A DNA stretch of 63,481 nt, counting the filler, from Octopus bimaculoides (lineage: Eukaryota): assembly GCF_001194135.2 (NCBI RefSeq). It is 7 parts of 6 records of this genome, joined end to end, with 100 filler letters (N's around TTAATTAATTAA, not from the genome) between each part and the next. Parts side by side here need not be neighbours in the genome. Positions count along the whole stretch, not along the records: positions 13,735 to 24,203 come from NC_069010.1; 6 more parts are not named here. One strand, written 5' to 3'. Position numbers and translations under genes: made by a program. Every line of letters begins with the position of its first letter. The stretch's first letter is position 1. The notes under the pieces are model-generated. The model made no database searches. It was given only the letters and a program-made list of their open reading frames with translations, and had not been told where the DNA came from. This document shows positions 13,890 to 23,693 of the stretch, in pieces.

Positions 13890-14250
13890 ATGATAATATT
13901 ATTAGGGATAAAAATCCAAATTTACAGGTAAAAACTCAATTAAATTCAATTTATTAAAAATTAAAATTAAATTAAGTTTCACAGTATAAAATATAAATAT
14001 ATAATTTTAGGGAAAATAACCAATTTTCAAGAACTCATCAATGAAAATCCACTGTCACATATAGAAAAATTTATAAGTAAAAGCACAATAAATAAGTATA
14101 ATATAATTCAAAGTAAATATCATAAGATAAAGATAATAAAACGACTACACGTGTTTCATAACCAATTTTCAAACAGAAAGAAAATTTAAATCGATTAAAA
14201 CTATCGAAAATCAATTCTATTCATAAATATAGCTAATCTTCAGGTCAATA
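13890..14250 (-). mobile_element. Penelope-like terminal repeat fragment with hammerhead
   Basis: Shares aatattattagggataaaaa...ccaa...tttacagg with 24305-24360; contains the hammerhead at 14143-14246. Confidence 0.55.
14143..14246 (-). ncRNA. Type I hammerhead ribozyme-like motif with long stem II
   Basis: gac-CTGAAGA-(about 79 nt, base tagct/ggtta)-GAAA-cacgtg-TA-gtc: stem I gac/gtc, palindromic ACACGUGU stem III, GUA cleavage triplet. Confidence 0.65.
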
Positions 14251-14644
14251 TACAACAATAAGGGTACATATGTCTGTGGAGTGCTCAGCCACTTGCATGT
14301 TAATTTCACGAGCAGATTTTTTCATTGATCGGATCAACTGGAACCCTTGTCGTCGTAACCGACGGAGAGCCACAATATATATATTTGCATGTGTGTGTGT
14401 GTATTGACAAATATAAACAGATATAAATATATTTACATNNNNNNNNNNNNNNNNNNNNNNNNNNNNNNNNNNNNNNNNNNNNNNNNNNNNNNNNNNNNNN
14501 NNNNNNNNNNNNNNNNNNNNNNNNNNNNNNNNNNNNNNTCTAAATTTGGCAGAGTTTCTACAGCTGGATGCCCTTCCTAACGCCATGTTTGAATGTTGTT
14601 GTTGTACATGTTTGAATGTATATAAAACTGTATTTCTGTATGTA

Positions 14645-14650
14645 TTTATT
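14645..14650 (-). terminator. Candidate polyadenylation signal for DCTPP1
   Basis: AATAAA on the minus strand about 80 nt after the stop codon; motif alone in AT-rich DNA. Confidence 0.4.
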
Positions 14651-14730
14651 ATTTAATTTACACACCTGGTTCATAGAGATAAACGAATATCAACCAAAGA
14701 TATTTTTGTTTCTCATTTTCTCCCAGTTAT

Positions 14731-14847
14731 TCAAGTTTCTTTAAGTTGGTCTCTATAGTCTGTATATTTGTTACTTTTGCCAAACACTTTGTCCGCAGGA
14801 TATTTCTTTGAGTTCTTCAGAAATTTACTCAGCACGGCATTTGTGGA
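14731..14847 (-). CDS. DCTPP1: DCTPP1 terminal coding exon
   Basis: ctcacctttaccaccag|STNAVLSKFLKNSKKYPADKVFGKSNKYTDYRDQLKET-TGA; resembles the DCTPP1 C-terminus AVLSKMxxNxxRYPAxxAxSSSxKYT. The exact acceptor is less sure than the frame. Confidence 0.85.
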   Translation of the reverse strand, partial: STNAVLSKFLKNSKKYPADKVFGKSNKYTDYRDQLKET

Positions 14848-14862
14848 CTGGTGGTAAAGGTG

Positions 14863-14930
14863 AGTGTAGATGAGCCAGGTGAGGAGGACAGTCTGAAGTC
14901 TCCTGTCCTGGGTTCAATCCTGGGAAGAAG
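14863..14930 (+). pseudogene. Degenerate tRNA-derived remnant (Phe-GAA-like) in the last DCTPP1 intron
   Basis: agtCTGAAGtct resembles a tRNA-Phe anticodon arm; gtcctgggttcaatcctggg carries B box GGTTCAATCC at 14911-14920; acceptor stem not recoverable. Confidence 0.4.
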
Positions 14931-16023
14931 GTAGGAGTCTTTTTATTCTTTAATATTTTTGTACAAACGCTTTCCATGCTGGCATGGGTTGGACGGTTTG
15001 ACTGAGGGCTGGCGAGCCAGAAGGCTGCACCAGGCCCCAATCTGATCTGGCAGAGTTTCTACAGCTGGATGCCCTTCCTAACGCCAACCACTCCAAGAGT
15101 GTAGTGAATTATTTTTACGTGCCACCAACACGGGAGCCNNNNNNNNNNNNNNNNNNNNNNNNNNNNNNNNNNNNNNNNNNNNNNNNNNNNNNNNNNNNNN
15201 NNNNNNNNNNNNNNNNNNNNNNNNNNNNNNNNNNNNNNNNNNNNNNNNNNNNNNNNNNNNNNNNNNNNNNNNNNNNNNNNNNNNNNNNNNNNNNNNNNNN
15301 NNNNNNNNNNNNNNNNNNNNNNNNNNNNNNNNNNNNNNNNNNNNNNNNNNNNNNNNNNNNNNNNNNNNNNNNNNNNNNNNNNNNNNNNNNNNNNNNNNNN
15401 NNNNNNNNNNNNNNNNNNNNNNNNNNNNNNNNNNNNNNNNNNNNNNNNNNNNNNNNNNNNNNNNNNNNNNNNNNNNNNNNNNNNNNNNNNNNNNNNNNNN
15501 NNNNNNNNNNNNNNNNNNNNNNNNNNNNNNNNNNNNNNNNNNNNNNNNNNNNNNNNNNNNNNNNNNNNNNNNNNNNNNNNNNNNNNNNNNNNNNNNNNNN
15601 NNNNNNNNNNNNNNNNNNNNNNNNNNNNNNNNNNNNNNNNNNNNNNNNNCAGCTTACCATCTTAGGCCAGAAATAATGGTGCAATGAGACACAGACTGCG
15701 ATCACATTACCACAATAGTACCAGCTATGAGCACACATACACAGAAAGCAGCGGGACAATAATTAAGATAAGTTAGGGCGAAAGTGCAGATAATTTTTAA
15801 AAATAAGTACTAAGGTTGATGCAGTGCTCCAGCAAGGCAGCAGTCCAATGATGAAGACAACTAAGATGACAGAGAGATGTTAACGTTCCTAGGCTACAAA
15901 TACGTGTAGACGCATGAGGATATCTGTAGAATTACAGACCTATCAAACCCATGCCTTCACTAGCACTCCCCGCTTTCCCTCTAGAATATTTCAAGGAATA
16001 AGAAAATTTGGTGGGAGACCTAC

Positions 16024-16058
16024 CTGGAAGTCCTTCTTTCACTTCACCCTTCCACTGA
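16024..16058 (-). CDS. DCTPP1: DCTPP1 coding exon 3 (35 nt)
   Basis: ttttctcctgttttcag|T CAG TGG AAG GGT GAA GTG AAA GAA GGA CTT CCA G|gtaggt gives (F)QWKGEVKEGLP, continuing the AELFQWK motif in the right phase. Confidence 0.9.
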
Positions 16059-16907
16059 CTGAAAACAGGAGAAAATAGACATGAAAACTTGTGTACACAC
16101 ACACATATATATATATATATAAAACAATAGATAGGCAGAGAGATAGATACATATACACAATCACAAATATTGATGCTGTGACAAACTTTCATAAGAGATG
16201 TTATCTCTGGACAAAAACTACAGTAACTGGCCTATCAACTGTGTATATACATTAAGTATAATACACAGATGGCTTTTTAAAAAATCAAATATTGCCTCAT
16301 TTCTGTTTATTGAATTATACACACACACACACACACACATACAGTCGGGACACTGATACGGTGAAATGCATGATTTGATAATGTCTATTTATGTAATTAT
16401 TTCAGCATTTTGATGAAACACATAGTAAGTCCATAAGGGATGTTATTTCTGGACAAAAACTACAGTAACTGGACTATCAACTGTGTATATACATTCAGTA
16501 TGATAAACAGATGGCTATTTTAACCCTTAAGCATTCAGCTTCCTCTGTCAAATGTAATGCTTATTCGTTCCCACCGATTTGAATTAGTCGTGCATTACCA
16601 TGTAGCTGTGAGATTTCAATGACATCATTGTTTACTTTTAGAATAACATTGTAAGGCAAGTGTGAGATGCTGGATCTGGCCAATTTAAATGCTAATGGTG
16701 AATTAATTATTACCTCAACAGCATTTACTGGATTGGATATATGTATATATGCAACAACATTTTGTAAACAAACATTGGAAGTGTTGACTAGGTTTTGTCT
16801 TTTGCAGACAAGAAATTAATAAGTCGAACACAAATGGCAAAATACCCAACCTTTCTGCTGTTTTTATGGCTATACTGTGTTTGAAATGATACTTTGTCTG
16901 TAATATA

Positions 16908-17022
16908 CAGGGTGTCCACAAGGTCTGGGTACATGGAGTAAATAAAATCATAGCATAAACAATTAAATATAAGAAATAATAATTTCTTAATCCCCATGTA
17001 CCCAGACTTTGTGGACATCCTG
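16908..17022. mobile_element. 115-bp Tc1/mariner-type MITE
   Basis: TA-cagggtgtccacaaggtctgggtacatgg...ccatgtacccagactttgtggacatcctg-TA: about 29-bp TIRs with TA target duplication. Confidence 0.85.
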
Positions 17023-17064
17023 TATATATATATATATATNNNNNNNNNNTATATGTATATATAG

Positions 17065-17445
17065 GCGAAGGAGTAGCTGTGGTAAGAAGCTTGCTCCTCA
17101 ACTACATGATTCCAGGTTCAGTCCCACTGTGTGGCACCTTGAGCAAGTGTCTTCTACTATAGCCTCAGGCTGACCAAAGCCTTGTGAGTGGATTTGGAGA
17201 CCAAAAAGGCCTGTCATGTGTGTGTGTGTGTATGTATATATATATATATATATTTGTGTGTGTGTTTGTCCCAAAACCATCGCTTGACAACCAATGTTGG
17301 TGTGTTTATGTCCCCGTAACTTAGCGGTTTGGCAAAATAACCAATGCAATAAGTACTAGGCTTACAAAGAATAAGTCCTGAGGTTGAATTGTTCAACTAA
17401 AGGTGGTGCTCCAGCATGGCCGCAGTCAAATGACTGAAACAAATG
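17065..17445 (+). mobile_element. SINE family B/C full-layout copy in DCTPP1 intron 2
   Basis: Head gtggtaagaagcttgc...ggttcagtcccactg, (TG/TA)n, tail ...cagcatggccgcagtcaaatgactgaaac. Confidence 0.8.
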
Positions 17446-18339
17446 AAATAATCGTGGCACAGAACAACCTGCAAGTGGCTGAGCACTCCACAGACACGGG
17501 TACCCTTAACATAGTCCTTGGGGAGATTCAGCGTGACACAGAGTATGACAAGACTGGCTCCTTTGAAAATACAGGTACAGCAGAAACAGGAAGTAAGAGT
17601 GAGAAAAAGTTGTGGTGGAAGAGTACAGCAGGGTTCGTCACCAGCCCATGCTGGAGCCTCGTGGAGCTTTAGGTGTTTTCGCTCAATAAACACTCACAAC
17701 GCCCAGTCTGGTAAATGAAACTGTGATCCTGTGACTGCGAGTCTGCTGCTCTAACCATGAGGCCATTGCACCTCCACAACAAATAAACATACACAGGCAC
17801 ACACAGATGTATAAGTAAACATCATAATATTACATCCATGTTCCATGCTGGCAGGAACAAGAAGGTCAAAGGACAGCTCTAACAGCTACTTTGATTTGGT
17901 TTCCAAGACATACATACACACACATATCTGTGGCAGGACGCTGATGAGGTGAAATGCATAATTGCATAATGTCTCTAATGTTCTGTAATTATTTGAGCAA
18001 TTTAGTGAAACACGTGTACATCCTACAAAGCTTTGAATAGCACGCTAGTTTTGATATATATACACACACATATATGTTTTAACCACAAATGCAATGTGAT
18101 AAGTACTGAAACAGTTAATATATACTGTTAAGTCTCTAGTCTAGCAGTGGTCAGCCCTTGGACAGGTCCTGTGCCCTCCCCTGCAGCCATTAAGTATGTT
18201 ACTGGAACTACAGCCATCCAAGACTTCGGATGAATACTGGAGTGGCTTCCAGTTGCCTTCTTCAGTTCGGTGGGATTTGAACTCAGAATGTGGACAGCTG
18301 GAAGATACACAGTAAATCATCTCTGTTCGTGGGCCAATG

Positions 18340-18485
18340 ACCCTGCCACTCTCCCACTGGCAGAGCAACTTGGAATGAAGTGTTTTGCTCAAGAACACAC
18401 AACGCACCACCCAGTCCTGGAGTCGAACCCACAATCTCATAACTGTAAGTGCTATCGTCCTAACCACCAGGCCATGTGCCATCGC
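18340..18485 (-). mobile_element. SINE family E (tRNA head + tgtgttcttgagcaaaacacttc core)
   Basis: Minus ggcacatggcctggtggttagg...gggttcgactcc...tgtgttcttgagcaaaacacttc; related copy at about 12240-12360. Confidence 0.6.
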
Positions 18486-18700
18486 ATTGTTAAGTCACAT
18501 GAATTACATAGAGCGTATGAGCCGGGTCTATTGACTCTGACCATTCATTCTGAAGAATAACTAAACGAAACTGACCAGAACCATGATGACCCCCCCGCTC
18601 CAATTTACGTCGCCATGGAAACAAAGATGGTACAGACATAGCATAAGAACCTACAGCTTTGACTATAAAAAAAATCTTTAAGAAATGTGAACCAACTGAC

Positions 18701-18811
18701 AATATTTCGGCGAGTTCTCCGACTTCTCCCACCAGTGCCAACAAGACGTTTCGTGGTGTGTGATATTGGGCCCAGTTTCGTTCTGTGCAGAAATCTTCCT
18801 GTTTCTGGCGG
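18701..18811 (-). CDS. DCTPP1: DCTPP1 coding exon 2 (111 nt), all-alpha NTP-PPase/MazG-like core, first half
   Basis: cacttttcag|C CGC CAG...GAA ATA TT|gtcagt encodes (I)RQKQEDFCTERNWAQYHTPRNVLLALVGEVGELAEI(F), matching the DCTPP1 motif ERDWEQFHQPRNLLLALVGEVGELAELF; phase 2/2. Confidence 0.95.
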
Positions 18812-18865
18812 CTGAAAAGTGATCAGAGAGTTGGAAAGGTGGTTTATGATAAACAGCTTACAAAC

Positions 18866-18924
<59 letters not shown>

Positions 18925-19603
18925 CACACAATATATATTGTAAAGTTATAAATGAACGAGAAATAGTTTGGTGAACTTTTATTTAACAATAAGAAAAATC
19001 TTAATATCAGGACAAATTGTTTCGTAACTGAAAAGTGGTCCCTTTACCACAATTTTAAGAAATGTGATTAACACCTCTGCCAGTTGCATTATGCAAAGTG
19101 TTGAGGTGGAGGATGGGAGGACTGGAAATTACTGAATGTTTTCTTTCGTCTTTTACCTGTTTCCATCATTGGATTGTGGCCGGGCTGGGGCACCACCTTG
19201 AACGGTTTTTAGTCTAAAAATGTCTAGTACTTATAGTGTTAATCTCTTTTTGCCAATTGACATAAACAAACTAACACAAGTTGTCAAGCAGTGAGAGGAC
19301 AAATGCAAACCCATGCACACATTTTAGCTTTTGGGTCTACTAAAGCCTTGTGAGTAGATTTGGTAGATTGACTGGCCTTCGTGCGGGTGACACGTAAAAG
19401 CACCCACTACACTCTCTGAGTGGTTGGCGTTAGGAAGGGCATCCAGCTGTAGAAACTCTGCCAGATCAGACTGGAGCCTGGTGCAGCCATCTGGTTCACC
19501 AGTCTTCAGTCAAATCGTCCAACCCATGCTAGCATGGAAGGCGGACGTTAAATGATAATGATGATGATATATATATATGTATATACGATCATGTAATCAG
19601 TAT

Positions 19604-19786
19604 AGGGAGGAGATACGCCACTGTGGAGGTGCGCTTCACAACGGAGGAGGAAGCAATTAAGCACTCCACAGAAGCAATAAGGTCAGAGGAATGGGTGCTC
19701 TTGCCTTCGTACTGCGGCAAACGTGTGGCCAAGGTGCGAGTGAGTAAGGTGCCATCCGAACTGAAACTTTAAACACATCAACACAC
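19604..19786 (+). mobile_element. 183-bp retroposed fragment (LINE ORF1-like) between 22-bp direct repeats
   Basis: tatacgatcatgtaatcagtat at 19582-19603 and 19787-19808; insert reads GRRYATVEVRFTTEEEAIKHSTEAIRSEEWVLLPSYCGKRVAKVRVSKVPSELKL*. Confidence 0.65.
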
Positions 19787-19876
19787 TATACGATCATGTA
19801 ATCAGTATGCGTGCGCGCAACGATCGGATGTTGTGGTGGACTAGTATCGAAAGATCGCAAAAGATTCCATACTTAC

Positions 19877-20157
19877 ATGTCTTCCAGAGTGGTTTGTAGA
19901 CTAAATTTAAACTCTGGTTCATCTTCCCGCCTCGTGGTCTCACAGTCTTGTCGTGGTCGTTTCAGCGGTGACGTTCCTACATCGCTGTTTGAGTGGATAT
20001 TTTCCGTAGCCTGGAAATTCTTTTTCCAAGTTAAAAGCATCTGATCTGTTGGAGGTTCTTCTGCGTACTGCTCCGTCCATTTAACTCGCACAGCCTCTAC
20101 TGATTTCAGCTCTGCCAGCCACAGAACCGCCTGTAACTTCTGCTTGAATGCCGCCAT
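19877..20157 (-). CDS. DCTPP1: DCTPP1 coding exon 1 (93 codons + 2 nt): transposase-like HTH N-terminus, then start of the dCTP pyrophosphatase
   Basis: ataATGGCG start at 20157; reads MAAFKQKLQAVLW...EPEFKFSLQTTLED then AT|gtaagt (phase-2 donor). FKFSLQTTLEDI matches the remembered human DCTPP1 segment FSFSPEPTLEDI and splices in frame to exon 2. Confidence 0.88.
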
Positions 20158-21400
20158 TATTGAAAAGCCTTGTTTGGGCGTCAACAGACTTAGGGGAGAT
20201 AACTCCGGCTGGTTTATTGTTTAGAACGTCTTCAATTATCTCCCTTGGAAAAAATAACCAGAACTATGCTGGGTGACTGTTTGGGCGGCTAGAAATAGCA
20301 GCCAAATGGCCTTACATCATACAGTACCGGACTTATTAACTGGATTCTTTTGAATTCTCTTTGAAGACAGTTAAAATATAAACTAAACAATGGACAGGAA
20401 AGATGTAAACTGTATCTAACAGTGACAATAAGCAGAGCCTGATCGATATTTATGAATCACTAAAAAATTCTTAAAATATATTCTGTACCATGCATTCAGT
20501 ATAATGACAGAAACAAGTAAAAGAATTTAAAAAATGTAATTCAACTTTTATTGGAATATTCAGGGGCGGCTGAATGTACCAGCATCGAAATTTTTTCCCA
20601 CGAGTTCCGGACCCCAGTAATGAATTCATTTGCATACAGTCAATTGTAGCTCACCTTGAAAACCTACATACTATACACTACTACAGTACAGCCAGTTAGG
20701 CATAGAATGGTGTATGCCATTCTGTGAGTATACCATAGCAGGTCTCACAAAAGCACCACGTTCCCCCACCACCAACACCACCATCCTCATAGATCTATTG
20801 AGCACCATCTCTATATGGAGCTAACATTAGGAACTTATGCTCAGACTGACATTAATGATACTGCTTGTACCCATTGATATATGCAAGGAGGGCGCAATAC
20901 GACACAACGCCATATTGATTACGATGTTCCTAGATCAACACAAACACTTTAAATTAGGAATGTATAAAATCAGTCAAAAAATTAGGAGACGACACTCATG
21001 TACATTTTCTAGTAAATTACGCAAAGTGGCAACACTTATGGCTTTATCTGTGAGCAGCTCTCCATTCACTTTGTACACTAAATTTCACATTTGTCACCCC
21101 TATTAACCCGTTTAGAACAGTTGGATTTTGCTATAACGCACATTTTCCACTGAACTCAACCAGAGTATTTTCGTGACATGGTGGACACTAGTTTGATAGT
21201 TGGGCTCTGATTGGCTGTATGCAGATAAGTTCATAACTGGGGTCCAGAACTCACGTGGGAAAAAAATTACGCACCTGCAACTCGGGAAATCGCCCGGGGT
21301 GCCATCTGCTTTTTAGTCTACGTCTTCAGTTTTTTTTCTCCTTGTGAAAGTGTTAAAAAATGGCGGAGGTAAAGGATACATACCCCACCCGTTTTCGGCG
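20158..21400. promoter_or_regulatory. Probable divergent promoter region between DCTPP1 and SLC35B2
   Basis: CpG-retaining stretch between oppositely oriented genes; ATTGG (reverse CCAAT) 21210-21214, CACGTG 21252-21257, AAAATGGCG (YY1-like/start-codon context) at about 21357-21365; possible minus-strand UTR-exon donor GTGAG at 20654-20650. Confidence 0.5.
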
Positions 21401-21529
21401 TAACAAAAACCCTAACCCTAAACCCTGGGTGTACGTATTCTTTACTTTCGCCTAAAAAAAATTATACTTGTAAGGGCGCCGAAGTTCAGCTTACCCGGAG
21501 TGCCTGCAACGCTGGGGCTGGCCCTGGGA

Positions 21530-22240
21530 ATATAACACATATGTAAATGATACAGATCCAAAACCTGGAGAAGAAAGTGGAGAAAGAAGAAGGAAGGAAG
21601 GAAGGAAAAAAGGAAGAAAAAAAACATCAATTCAACAACAAAAACAACCAACTGCCTAAATTGGTTGCACACCACAAGGTTCAACGGAACTTGCTGAAGC
21701 AAGCCAACATGCTAGCGGCATTACCTCAGGCGATGGCGAGTGTAAGGCGTTGGAACAGTCAAGCACCGTCACGGGCATCACCTGACACTTCGATGAGGCG
21801 AGCCGCCAACGATGACAAGAACTTCGCTTTCGACGGCTCAGCCCCTTCCAAACGTCTCAAACGCCACAGNNNNNNNNNNNNNNNNNNNNNNNNNNNNNNN
21901 NNNNNNNNNNNNNNNNNNNNNNNNNNNNNNNNNNNNNNNNNNNNNNNNNNNNNNNNNNNNNNNNNNNNNNNNNNNNNNNNNNNNNNNNNNNNNNNNNNNN
22001 NNNNNNNNNNNNNNNNNNNNNNNNNNNNNNNNNNNNNNNNNNNNNNNNNNNNNNNNNNNNNNNNNNNNNNNNNNNNNNNNNNNNNNNNNNNNNNNNNNNN
22101 NNNNNNNNNNNNNNNNNNNNNNNNNNNNNNNNNNNNNNNNNNNNNNNNNNNNNNNNNNNNNNNNNNNNNNNNNNNNNNNNNNNNNNNNNNGTTGCTGGCT
22201 CCAGAACAGGGGATATTAACCCAAGCCAGAGCCCGTTTAA
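21530..22240 (+). repeat. Unclassified interspersed repeat, possibly a LINE 5' region
   Basis: caccacaaggttcaacggaacttgctgaagcaagccaacatgc... and ...agaacaggggatattaacc match an inverted, diverged copy at about 48740-49130. Confidence 0.6.
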
Positions 22241-22894
22241 TGATCAAGTTTAGATTTTATTTAACAGATACAGGTACAAATTGTTTATTGCTGTTGCTGT
22301 TGGCACTCCGTCGCTTACGACATCAAGGGTTCCAGTTGATGCGATCAATGGAACAGCCTGCTCGTTAAGTTAACGTGCAAGTGGCTGAGCACTCCACAGA
22401 CATGTGTACCCTTAAAGTAGTTCTCGGGGGATATTCAATGTGACACAGAGTGTGACAAGGCTGAACCTTTGAATTACAGGCACAACAGAAACAGGAAGAA
22501 AGAGTGAGAGAAAGTTGTGGTGAAAGAGTACAGCAGGGTCCGCCACCATCCCCTGCTGGAGCCTCGTCGAGCTTTTAGGTGTTTTTCGCTCAATAAACAC
22601 TCACAACGCTTGGTCTGGGAATCGAAACTGGGCCATTGCACCTCCATGCAACTACAAGAAAATGAGGGTGAACTATATTGCAGGATATTGAATGGCATTC
22701 CTGGATTTTCGGAAATTCTGGATTTCTGAGAGCCGGATAAAATGTTAATTACAATACATTGGATTAATTACTGCTGCGTTAACTGGGTTTAGGGTTCAGT
22801 TATTAATATGGGCTGATGTTTTAGTTTAGAACATCACTTCTAATTTCATCAACTGATAGTTATTGCAACAGTGAAAACCATGTCTTAAATTGAA

Positions 22895-23693
22895 GGGCGG
22901 AAAGACTTGTTTTTCTAACCCCACCTCACCCATAAATTTTTCTTTTTTTAAATATTAGCCATGGTGGAAAATAGATTTCCTACCATGTCTTATAAAAAGA
23001 ATGAGAAACTCATAAATATTAAGAATTTCTATTAAAAAAAAAACTTAGTTCTGTATTATGTATATTCAAGTCCCAAGATGGGACAAATTTCATTGAGTTA
23101 GACAATGTAGGCCTTAAGGTTAGACAGATTGGGACATGAATGTACATAATACAAAAATGAAGTTTTTTTTAATAGAAATCTGTGGTTAGGGTTTTAGGGT
23201 TAGGGTTTTAGGGTTAGGGTTTTAGGGTTAGAGTTAATCTACAAGGGACAGGCCCCTTATTTTTTGGTTAAGGCTGTTGCTAAGTTTTCCTAAGTTACTC
23301 CAATCCAGATCCCCAATGCAAACCTTCAGATCAACCTTCTCCTATGCAGATCTCTAATGCAACTTAAAAAAAACAAAATACAGTCAATGAGTGGAAATAA
23401 CCAATAAACTGATTCCTTATGGAATTTCCCAAACAAATTGCCAGCAAACCAATTTCAACGGATTTCGCTCAAATCTGATGTCCATGTTACTTATTTTGGT
23501 TTGAAATAAAGCACTTGATCACTTAATAATCCTAGCTTAATCCTGAGCAGCGCCGGGCTATACTGCTAGTTCTTCATATTTATGACTTTCTTATTATTTT
23601 TATAAGACATGGTAGTAAATCTATTTTCCACCATGTCTCATTTAAAAAAATATATTTTATGATGGGGTACAAAAGGAAGTCTTTCCCGAAAGG
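22895..23693. mobile_element. MITE-like element with about 110-bp inverted arms and nested inserts
   Basis: 22895-23010 is the reverse complement of about 23585-23693 (ggaaagactt...catggtggaaaatagattt.ctaccatgtcttataaaaa); interior holds a telomere-like array and a Helitron-like 3' end (cctgagcagcgccggg...CTAG 23566-23569). Confidence 0.65.
23184..23230 (+). repeat. Interstitial telomere-like array (alternating TTAGGG / TTTTAGGG)
   Basis: Directly visible; short reverse-complement version at 21410-21427. Confidence 0.8.

Noticed and set aside
14848-14921. GQETSD as a decayed version of the missing ELSDV exon
   Set aside because: Needs several compensating frameshifts, is about seven codons short, and the region is better explained as an antisense tRNA-like remnant; the flanking exons are intact.
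15658-15724. Minus-strand exon-like segment WYYCGNV...WPKM|gtaagc
   Set aside because: Wrong phase for DCTPP1 exon 3 (stop in the required frame) and no DCTPP1 similarity.
21547-22368. 273-aa ORF next to the promoter
   Set aside because: Spans an N gap and lies in an interspersed repeat whose second copy (48863-49096) differs in frame.
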